Virus record (IMG/VR): IMGVR_UViG_3300037722_000144
Span: 1-42,221 of that record
Strand: one strand, 5' to 3'
Length of the DNA: 42,221 nucleotides
Source of the DNA: a virus
Lineage: Duplodnaviria > Caudoviricetes
Below are positions 34,583 through 42,221 of this stretch, piece by piece. The first letter of the stretch is position 1. Each line of letters starts with the position of its first letter. The notes beneath the pieces were generated by a model. That model made no database searches, had not been told where the DNA came from, and saw nothing but the letters and a program-made list of their open reading frames with translations. The position numbers were made by a program, and so were the translations under genes.

Positions 34583-34729
34583 GTGCCAATAAGTAAATAC
34601 TTTAAAGGCTCGGGTTCAAAAGTAATGAAGTCAATGAAGAAGAAATATGGTGAAAAGAAAGGTAAACAGATTTTCTATGCTACTAGTAATAAAAGGAAAA
34701 GAATAAATACTGGACCGAAAGAAAAATGA
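34583..34729 (+). CDS. Small basic protein (48 aa)
   Basis: GTG start; KVMKSMKKKYGEKKGKQIFYATSN; stop overlaps the portal ATG. Confidence 0.65.
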   Translation: MPISKYFKGSGSKVMKSMKKKYGEKKGKQIFYATSNKRKRINTGPKEK

Positions 34730-37038
34730 AAAAAGAATTATCTGAAAATATTAAACAACGATTAAAAGAACTTGTTCGTAATGCAGAACAAGAAGACCAG
34801 GCTGTGCGCGAACGACAAATTAGACAGTGGAGACAACTTAAATTATTTTGGGAAGGTTTTCAGAAAGTTTATTATAGTGAAGTTGCGCATGATTGGAGAA
34901 TTTATGATGAAACTGCAAATGAACCAACTGACCAAGGTTCATATGATAAACCTATAAATGTATTTAGAGCTTATTTAGAATCATTAATTGCAGCATTATC
35001 GGTTACAGTCCCTTCAGTTAAATGTTATCCTGATGATGCTGATAATACTTTAGATTTAGCAACAGCGCGCGCTGGTGATAAAATTGCTCAATTAATTTAT
35101 CGTCATAATGATGTTACTCTTCTTTGGCTTCATGCTCTTTTTATTTTTATGACTGAGGGATTAGTAGCTTGTTATGCTTATCCTAAGGAAGATAAAGAAT
35201 ATGGAACTTATGAAGAGAAAGAATATAAGGATGATATTGAGAATCATGAGTATTCTCGTTGTCCCGAATGCCAAGAATTACTAGATGATAAATTAATTAC
35301 TCCTGAACAATTAGAAGCTAAGGAGAAAGAATTAGAAGATGAATTCATGCCTGACGAGGAACCTAGAATTGAAAAAGAAGAATACTGTCCAGCCTGTGCA
35401 AAGTTAGTTTTACCGGAAAATTCGCGTGAATCTCTTACAATTACTAGATTAATAGGAATTACTAATAAACCTAAGTCTAGAATTTGCACGGAAGTTTATG
35501 GTGGTCTTTATGTTAAAGTTCCTAACTATGCTAAAAGACAGGAACAATGTCCGTATCTAATTTATTCATTTGAAACTAATTATGCATTTGTATTAGAACA
35601 ATTTCCTCATTTGAAAGATAAACTAAAGACTACAGGTGCAAATGGTGCTTATGACCAATACGATCAATGGGGAAGATTAAATCCACAATATAGAGGTGAA
35701 TATCCTATTAATGTTGTTACGATGAAATATGCTTGGCTTAGACCAGCACTTTTTCATACATTAAAAGATGAAGATGAAACTGAAGAACTTAAGCGTCTTT
35801 TTCCAAATGGTGCAAAAGTAATTTTAGCAAATGATGATTTTGCGGAAGCCTATAATGAGAATTTAGATGATTGTTGGACTCTTTCTCATAATCCATTATC
35901 TGATTATTTGCATCATGACCCACTTGGTTTATTACTTGTTAGTGTTCAAGAAATTACTAATGATTTAATTTCATTGGTTATTCAAACTATTGAACATGGT
36001 ATTTCTTTACTGTTTGCTGACCCAGGCTCTCTTAACTTTAAAGCATTTGAAAATACAGAAGTTACTCCAGGTGGAGTATTTCCTGCTAGCACTAAAACAG
36101 GAAAGAGTTTACAAGAATCATTTTATGATGTTAAACCGGCGCATCTTTCTCCTGAAGTATTACCATTCTTTCAGACTATTCAATCTTTAGGACAAATGGT
36201 ATCAGGTGCGCTTCCTAGTTTATTCGGAGGTTCAATAAAAGGTAGTGATACCGCGTCAGAATATGCAATGAGTCGCGCGCAAGCATTACAGAGATTACAG
36301 ACTACTTGGAAAATCTTTACCATTTGGTGGAAGAATGTTCAAGGTAAAGTTATTCCAATGTATATTAAGGAAGTAAAAGAAGACGAACGGGATGTTCAAC
36401 AGGATGATAGTGGTAATTTTATTAATGTATTCATTCGTAAAGCTGAACTAGAAGGAAAAATTGGTAAAATTGAATTAGAAACTTCTGAAAATCTTCCTAT
36501 TACTTGGGCGCAACAGAAGGATGCTTATATGCAACTTCTTATGACTAGTAATCCAGAAATTCTTAAAATTATTGCTTCTCCTGAGAATCTTCCTATTCTA
36601 CGTCAAGCTATTGGACTTGTTGACCTTTATGTTCCCGGTGAAGATGATAGAGAAAAGCAATATGATGAAATTAAACTTCTTCTTAACTCTGAACCCATCA
36701 TGGAACCTCCAGAGCAGGGAGAAGTTCAAGAAGCATTATTACTAGGAATGCCTCCTCCACAAGAGTTAGAATTACCATCTATTGAACCCGAAGAAATTGA
36801 TAATCATATTGTTCATTATGAAACTTGTAGGAAATGGGCAGTTTCTGAAGCTGGAAGACAGACTAAGACTGATAATCCTTTAGGTTATAAGAACGTTCTT
36901 TTACATGCTAAGATGCATCAGATTATGATGACTCAAACTATTTCTCCGCAAGAGGAAATTGGTGTGGTTCCTGCGGAAAAACCCAATGCAAATCGAAACA
37001 CACCCATAACCGGAGAAGAAAATGTTCAGACTGTTTAA
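34726..37038 (+). CDS. Portal protein
   Basis: 770 aa between terminase and scaffold/capsid genes; largely helical; assignment mainly by synteny and size. Confidence 0.8.
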   Translation: MKKELSENIKQRLKELVRNAEQEDQAVRERQIRQWRQLKLFWEGFQKVYYSEVAHDWRIYDETANEPTDQGSYDKPINVFRAYLESLIAALSVTVPSVKCYPDDADNTLDLATARAGDKIAQLIYRHNDVTLLWLHALFIFMTEGLVACYAYPKEDKEYGTYEEKEYKDDIENHEYSRCPECQELLDDKLITPEQLEAKEKELEDEFMPDEEPRIEKEEYCPACAKLVLPENSRESLTITRLIGITNKPKSRICTEVYGGLYVKVPNYAKRQEQCPYLIYSFETNYAFVLEQFPHLKDKLKTTGANGAYDQYDQWGRLNPQYRGEYPINVVTMKYAWLRPALFHTLKDEDETEELKRLFPNGAKVILANDDFAEAYNENLDDCWTLSHNPLSDYLHHDPLGLLLVSVQEITNDLISLVIQTIEHGISLLFADPGSLNFKAFENTEVTPGGVFPASTKTGKSLQESFYDVKPAHLSPEVLPFFQTIQSLGQMVSGALPSLFGGSIKGSDTASEYAMSRAQALQRLQTTWKIFTIWWKNVQGKVIPMYIKEVKEDERDVQQDDSGNFINVFIRKAELEGKIGKIELETSENLPITWAQQKDAYMQLLMTSNPEILKIIASPENLPILRQAIGLVDLYVPGEDDREKQYDEIKLLLNSEPIMEPPEQGEVQEALLLGMPPPQELELPSIEPEEIDNHIVHYETCRKWAVSEAGRQTKTDNPLGYKNVLLHAKMHQIMMTQTISPQEEIGVVPAEKPNANRNTPITGEENVQTV

Positions 37039-38314
37039 TATTAAATTTCCTCATTATGCTCCTCCTGATTCTCAGGGTGGAATAGAATCAGGTAAAGAAT
37101 TAGGAAAAGAAGAAATTATTAATCTTCTCGGTGAAGATGATGATAAGGAAGAAATTTTAGATTTAAAAGATGAAAAGAAAATAGAATCTAAAGAGGAAGA
37201 GGGAGACGAGGAAAAAGAAGAAGAAGGAGAAGAAAAGAAAGATGAACTAGAAGAAATTGAAGATGAACTAGAAGAACCAGATGAAGAAAAATTAGAATTA
37301 ATGACTCCCGTTCGTAGAAAGGAAATTCTTTCTAAGTATCCTAATGTATTCAAAGATTTTCCTTATCTTGAACGAGCTTATTATAGAGAACAGCAATTTA
37401 CTGAGATTTTTCCAACAATAGCAGATGCGCGTTCTTCAGTTGAAAAGTCTGAAGCTCTTGATAGTCTTGAGAAGGAATTATTGTCTGGTGATACTAAGAA
37501 TATTCTTAAAGCAATTAAAGAAGAGAATTCTGATTCTTTCAATAAATTAGTTGATAATTATCTTCCAAATCTTGCAGAAATTGATGAAAAAGCATATCAT
37601 CATGTAATTGGAAATACAATTAGGCATACAATAGTTGCAATGTTAACTGAAGCGCGCGATTCACAGAATAAAGAAACTGCTGCAACATTACAAGATACTG
37701 CTACAATTCTTAATCAATTTGTATTTGGTTCTTCAATTTTTACTAAACCTTCTAATCTTTCTAAAGAAGGAGAAACTAAGAAAGATGATGATAAAGTATC
37801 AGAACGTGAACGACAATTTACACAGAGACAATTTGAATCTGCAAAAGATGATTTAAATACAAGAGTAAATAATACTATTCGCGCGACTATTGATGGTCAT
37901 ATTGACCCTAAAGAATCCATGACTAACTATGTTAGAAAAAATGCTAGTCGAGAAGCATTAGAAACACTTTCTGATTTGATAGATAAAGATTCAAGATTTA
38001 AGACTCTTGCTGACAGACTTTGGGAGAAAGCATTCCAGTCTGATTTTAGTAAAGAGTCTCTTGATAAAATTCGTTCCGCTTACCTTGCTAAATCTAAAAC
38101 ACTGTTGCCTTCAGTCATTAAAAAGGCTAGGAATGAAGCATTAAAAGGTTTAGGTAAGCATGTTTCTAATGATTCCGACGATGAAAAAGACCGAAAAGGT
38201 CCAGTTCTTTCTGGTAAAGAGAGCAGCCATAGAAGTTCTCCAAGAAACGACAAAGAAAAGTCACAAAAAATTCCTGCAAATATGAGAAGTATTGATTATC
38301 TTATGCAGGATTAG
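37022..38314 (+). CDS. Putative capsid scaffolding protein
   Basis: Very acidic N-terminus, helical body, basic tail; directly before the capsid gene. Confidence 0.65.
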   Translation: MFRLFNIKFPHYAPPDSQGGIESGKELGKEEIINLLGEDDDKEEILDLKDEKKIESKEEEGDEEKEEEGEEKKDELEEIEDELEEPDEEKLELMTPVRRKEILSKYPNVFKDFPYLERAYYREQQFTEIFPTIADARSSVEKSEALDSLEKELLSGDTKNILKAIKEENSDSFNKLVDNYLPNLAEIDEKAYHHVIGNTIRHTIVAMLTEARDSQNKETAATLQDTATILNQFVFGSSIFTKPSNLSKEGETKKDDDKVSERERQFTQRQFESAKDDLNTRVNNTIRATIDGHIDPKESMTNYVRKNASREALETLSDLIDKDSRFKTLADRLWEKAFQSDFSKESLDKIRSAYLAKSKTLLPSVIKKARNEALKGLGKHVSNDSDDEKDRKGPVLSGKESSHRSSPRNDKEKSQKIPANMRSIDYLMQD

Positions 38315-38326
38315 AAGGAGAATGCT

Positions 38327-39583
38327 ATGGCAGTCGTAGAAAGTAATGTTACTGCACTCGAATTGGAACGTGTAATTCCAAAGATTCGTGTGCTTTTTGA
38401 ACGCGATGATAAGTTCTATGCTAATATTCAAAAACGCGATGTAGAGAAGATTAGTAATAGGCAAATGCGTGTTCCACTTGAACTTCGTCCCGGAGGGAGT
38501 TTCCAGTATTTTAATCCTGATGGTGGAGATTTGGGACGTGGCGGTGGGCCACAGTGGGATAAAGCGGTTCTCACTGCTGTATTTGTATCTCAGAATATTG
38601 AGTATACAAAGCTAACCCAATGGTCTACAGATGGAGATAGAAAGGCTATTACTAATGCTGTTCGTCGTTTAACTGCATCAGCATTGGATGAACTTCGTAG
38701 ACAGCTTGACGCGCAAATGATGCAAAGTGGTAATGGTGCTATTGGAACTATTGGAGTAGTTGCCACTGCTGCGGGAGTAGATACTTATACCTTAGATTCT
38801 GATGGTTTTGGTGCGAATCTAATTCGTTTTGGTCAGACTGTTCAGGTATTTGATACTACTCTTGCTACACTTCGTGGAAAGGGTGAGGTTACTTTCTACG
38901 ATAAGGAGAATAAAATAATTGATGTTACTCCTGCAATTGCTGGTGCTGTTGCAACTGATAGGATTGTAACTGACGGTATTAATTCTCCAAATTCCCTGCC
39001 GGGATTGTATGGAATTCCTTACCATCATTCAAATGCTTCTACTGGAACATGGTTGGGTTTTTCACGTAGCACCACACCTGAAATTCGCGCGAATCGTGTA
39101 AATGGTGGTGCTTCTGCGTTGTCACTTCCCTTACCCAGACTTGCAATTAATAAGATTGGCAATAGGGTAGGAATTGATAATAATTTCAAACCATCAGCTT
39201 GGCTACATCCTGCACAAAAGCAAGCATATGAGGATATTGGTCAAGCGTTTACGATGATTCAGAAACAATCTGGAGATATGAAGGAAGGAAATCTGAATCT
39301 TTATTTTGATAAGATGCAATTTGCAGGTGCAACTGACAAGCCATCTTATCAGTGGGATAAGGAAAGGATTGACTTTGTTTCTGATGAAGTATGGAGCCGC
39401 GCGGAACTTCTTCCAATCGGTTTCTATACTACTGATGGTAGAAGAATTTTCGAAATTCGTTCTTCATCCGGTGGTGTAACAACTGCTGACATCTTCTACA
39501 TGGTATGCGGTATGCAGGTTTTTGTCAATAATCCTGCAGCTTGCAGTTACGTTGACAATCTTGCTGTACCAGCTGGATACTAA
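38327..39583 (+). CDS. Major capsid protein
   Basis: 418 aa; strong AAGGAG RBS; position after portal and scaffold; capsid-like composition. Confidence 0.8.
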   Translation: MAVVESNVTALELERVIPKIRVLFERDDKFYANIQKRDVEKISNRQMRVPLELRPGGSFQYFNPDGGDLGRGGGPQWDKAVLTAVFVSQNIEYTKLTQWSTDGDRKAITNAVRRLTASALDELRRQLDAQMMQSGNGAIGTIGVVATAAGVDTYTLDSDGFGANLIRFGQTVQVFDTTLATLRGKGEVTFYDKENKIIDVTPAIAGAVATDRIVTDGINSPNSLPGLYGIPYHHSNASTGTWLGFSRSTTPEIRANRVNGGASALSLPLPRLAINKIGNRVGIDNNFKPSAWLHPAQKQAYEDIGQAFTMIQKQSGDMKEGNLNLYFDKMQFAGATDKPSYQWDKERIDFVSDEVWSRAELLPIGFYTTDGRRIFEIRSSSGGVTTADIFYMVCGMQVFVNNPAACSYVDNLAVPAGY

Positions 39584-39611
39584 TCAGTAGAAAAGAAAAG
39601 GAGAAGAAAAC

Positions 39612-39806
39612 GTGCCAACATCAGATGCAATTCAACACATGTTTGAAGTAGGAGATATCGTAAATCTTCCATGTGAAGTTACAGCAATAGGAGGAACTAC
39701 TGCCGAACCTACCGTATCATTAAAAACAAAGTATGAAAACTTTGCAGGTAGTAGAGTTACAATCACAGAAACTCCTAGTGCAATTCAAGTTGTAAAGGAT
39801 ATGTAA
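39612..39806 (+). CDS. Small hypothetical protein
   Basis: AAGGAG RBS, GTG start. Confidence 0.6.
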   Translation: MPTSDAIQHMFEVGDIVNLPCEVTAIGGTTAEPTVSLKTKYENFAGSRVTITETPSAIQVVKDM

Positions 39807-39807
39807 T

Positions 39808-40122
39808 ATGAGTGACCTTCTTAGTCAGAACTTTGCAACTGTTCAGTCGGATAAACAGCCTTTACCTCCGACAATTGCATCGGCAGCTACAATTGCTCCT
39901 ACTACGAAGTTGACATTTCTTACAGGAACAGTTCAAGTAGCTACAATTACTCCACCTGTTAGTGGATATGGTGAGGTAACTTTATGCTTTACAGATAGTT
40001 CTCCTGGTGCTTTTTTGACATCAGGTAATATTAAAACTGCATATCAACCAATTCAAAATCGTCCAATTGATTTGTGTTATGACCCATCTTCTGCTGATTG
40101 GTGGGTTAAAGCTGTAGTGTAA
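39808..40122 (+). CDS. Putative capsid decoration / virion protein
   Basis: T/A/S-rich; follows the capsid gene. Confidence 0.55.
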   Translation: MSDLLSQNFATVQSDKQPLPPTIASAATIAPTTKLTFLTGTVQVATITPPVSGYGEVTLCFTDSSPGAFLTSGNIKTAYQPIQNRPIDLCYDPSSADWWVKAVV

Positions 40123-40209
40123 TTAAAAAATGTCGGGGCGCGCATGACCTTTGAACGCGCAATTTTAATTTGAATTTAATTTGGAATAGTAAAAAGGAAA
40201 TAACATAAC

Positions 40210-40788
40210 ATGGAACTTACAGAACCGATAGAAAATATAAATAATCAACTTTTAGATCTTTTTGGAATAGATACTATTTCTGGAGAACCTATTTGGCGTG
40301 TAGTTTTTTCAGAAGAGCAGTTTGAAAAACGACACGGAACTTATGATGATTATACTCCTAATGGACTTTTTATAAGAACAGTAACAGAAGTTCGTGAAGT
40401 TCCAAAATATCGTCAATGGGTTCAAGAAAAATATGTTCTTGAAAGATTGGTAGTAATTCCTGCAATTGACATGCCAGAATTACCAGTAACTAAAACTTCA
40501 TATGAACCAATTTTTGTATTTCAAGATGGAAATGATAATTATCTTCCTCCAAAATTAGAAATTGCTAAATTTGTAATTGACTCAATTTATTCAGCTCAAT
40601 ATGGAACTAAGAATTTAGCACGATATAAAGATTCTGAAACTGATAATGAAACTCATATAGAAATGAAGAAAAAGCGAGTTGATGATATTATTGAGTATCT
40701 TTACGGCGATGAGTCTGGATTAATGGGAACTACATTAACAGGTGAATCTGTTATTGTTCCCCGTAATTTTGAAAAGAGGGAGAGTTGA
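40210..40788 (+). CDS. Hypothetical protein
   Basis: AAGGA upstream; 192-aa ORF. Confidence 0.7.
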   Translation: MELTEPIENINNQLLDLFGIDTISGEPIWRVVFSEEQFEKRHGTYDDYTPNGLFIRTVTEVREVPKYRQWVQEKYVLERLVVIPAIDMPELPVTKTSYEPIFVFQDGNDNYLPPKLEIAKFVIDSIYSAQYGTKNLARYKDSETDNETHIEMKKKRVDDIIEYLYGDESGLMGTTLTGESVIVPRNFEKRES

Positions 40789-40789
40789 T

Positions 40790-41479
40790 ATGAGTAGTGT
40801 AGGAGTATTTCCAGGATTTGTTGACCATCGTAGGACCATACGCGCGCCTACTAATCCACTTGATAAATCAACTGTAGTTTCAATTTTTAATAAAGAAATT
40901 AAAGAAGTTAAACCTACTATTCAGCCTGGAATTTTTCATCTTCGTCCAGGTTCATATGAAAAACCTTCTCTTTTAGTAGTAGGAACTTCATCGTGGTGGA
41001 GAGATACTGATGAAAATCAGCCCCTTCTTGAAATTCCTAATTCTTCAATTCAAGTAGCTGATAGTATTGTAAAAGATTATTGTAATGGAATTCTTGCTTG
41101 TGATATGAGTAATAATATGCCGGGACTTTTTTTCATTCCCGGTGAAATTTCTCTTATTGATATTAAAACTAAGCATAAGGTAGCATTAGATACTGCCAAA
41201 AGAAAGCAGGATAATTGGTTCCGCGCGTTAGTGGAATTAGCAGATGGATTGTGGGCGCGCACTAATGGTAATCCACTAACAATTTCAGATGATATGAGAA
41301 CAGCCGCGCGTGAATTGGGACTTATTAGTAAAGAATGGATGAAAAATTTTCAAGCCTATGAACTTATTCGTTGTGCTGCTTGCGGTTCAATGAAAAATGG
41401 TCAATTTCCGATTTGTCCTACTTGTAGAGCAATTGACCAAAGTCATCCAGAAGCTAAGAATCTTAAGTTTGCTCAGTAA
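40790..41479 (+). CDS. Hypothetical protein with C-terminal zinc ribbon
   Basis: Likely start ATG 40790 after GGAG; CAAC...CPTC. Confidence 0.7.
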   Translation: MSSVGVFPGFVDHRRTIRAPTNPLDKSTVVSIFNKEIKEVKPTIQPGIFHLRPGSYEKPSLLVVGTSSWWRDTDENQPLLEIPNSSIQVADSIVKDYCNGILACDMSNNMPGLFFIPGEISLIDIKTKHKVALDTAKRKQDNWFRALVELADGLWARTNGNPLTISDDMRTAARELGLISKEWMKNFQAYELIRCAACGSMKNGQFPICPTCRAIDQSHPEAKNLKFAQ

Positions 41480-41519
41480 TTGTTATGACTTGGAATGATA
41501 TTAAACTAAGAGAAAAAAC

Positions 41520-41864
41520 ATGGCAGTAACATCAACAAGAATTGTAAGGATAGGTTTTTCAGGAGATGTTGTTGCTCCTGATTTAACTTATGCTGCGGCT
41601 GATAATGCTGCATCGCCGGGAATGATTGAAACTAAAGCTCTAGTTAGTGGCTTTAATTCTATTACAGTTCCAACTGATTCTGAATCTGTTACCATAATTC
41701 CTCCTTCTGCTAATGTTGTAACTTTAACTTTAAAGGGTGTTACTGGAGATACTGGAATTGGAATTCATCTGACAGACCCTACAACAATAGGATTAGCAGC
41801 CGCGCAATCCACGATTGGAATTACTACTAGTGATGTAGTTACTGTTAGATTAATTTGGGCTTAA
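41520..41864 (+). CDS. Small virion structural protein
   Basis: T/V/S-rich beta protein in the structural operon. Confidence 0.6.
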   Translation: MAVTSTRIVRIGFSGDVVAPDLTYAAADNAASPGMIETKALVSGFNSITVPTDSESVTIIPPSANVVTLTLKGVTGDTGIGIHLTDPTTIGLAAAQSTIGITTSDVVTVRLIWA

Positions 41865-41874
41865 TAGGAAGAAT

Positions 41875-42221
41875 ATGCAATTATTAGCGGGAGAAATTTT
41901 CGATATATCTGCTGCGCTTCTTAATGATACTGCTAAGACTGTATATACTAATGCTGCCCAATTACCGTATCTTAATTTAGCATTGCAAAATTTGCAGGAA
42001 AATTTTGAACTTAGTAATGTTCCAGTAACCGATGCTATTTCAACTGTTATTAATATTCCTGCGGGTGAAATTGCAATTAAATTTAATGGTCCGGGTCCAA
42101 AACTTCCAGATGATTTGATAGAAATTCAAAAACTTTGGGAAAGAGAGGAAGGAATTGACCCTTATTTTCCTATGACTAGAGTTAATTCTCTTTCTCAACA
42201 ATTAGCTGGAACTGAACTTAG
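41875..42221 (+). CDS. Putative head-tail adaptor protein, 5' part (continues across the junction to 548)
   Basis: AGGA RBS, ATG 41875, open to the window end and in frame with ORF 102-548. Confidence 0.65.
   Translation, partial: MQLLAGEIFDISAALLNDTAKTVYTNAAQLPYLNLALQNLQENFELSNVPVTDAISTVINIPAGEIAIKFNGPGPKLPDDLIEIQKLWEREEGIDPYFPMTRVNSLSQQLAGTEL
42014..42221. repeat. Terminal direct repeat, copy 2
   Basis: Matches 1-208 with one mismatch. Confidence 0.95.

Noticed and set aside
1-42221. Alternative genetic code or stop-codon reassignment
   Set aside because: Core genes are long and intact in the standard code; TAA, TAG and TGA all end genes at sensible, often coupled, positions.

Overview
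The window looks like a complete, circularly permuted tailed-phage genome of about 42,013 bp. Bases 1-208 are repeated at 42014-42221 with one mismatch, and the overlap splits a gene. It is AT-rich (roughly one third GC by eye), probably lytic and podovirus-like: I see no integrase, repressor, tape measure or sheath gene. The + strand (28890 to the end, wrapping to 10825) carries morphogenesis genes: putative small terminase, intein-containing large terminase, portal, scaffold, major capsid protein, adaptor/stabilisation proteins, a collagen-like fibre, an M15 peptidase and three probable ejection proteins. The - strand (10694-28767) carries replication, recombination and early genes: a DUF3987-like ATPase, a UDG-fused family A polymerase with an intein, Sak4-like ATPase, SSB-like protein, PD-(D/E)XK nuclease, a SprT-SNF2 fusion, a cold-shock-domain protein and tRNA-Leu(TAA). 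The most unusual signals are (1) a genome-wide excess of CGCG/alternating-CG words alongside near-absence of GATC, (2) early-region mini-genes each bracketed by the same 22-bp inverted-repeat pair, behind a sigma54-like promoter, (3) two Ala-initiated class 3 inteins, (4) an (NAT)29 codon tract, and (5) a shared (V/I)NT(Q/G)P peptide in several putative internal virion proteins. All family assignments come from motif recognition by eye; no searches were run and all counts are manual.
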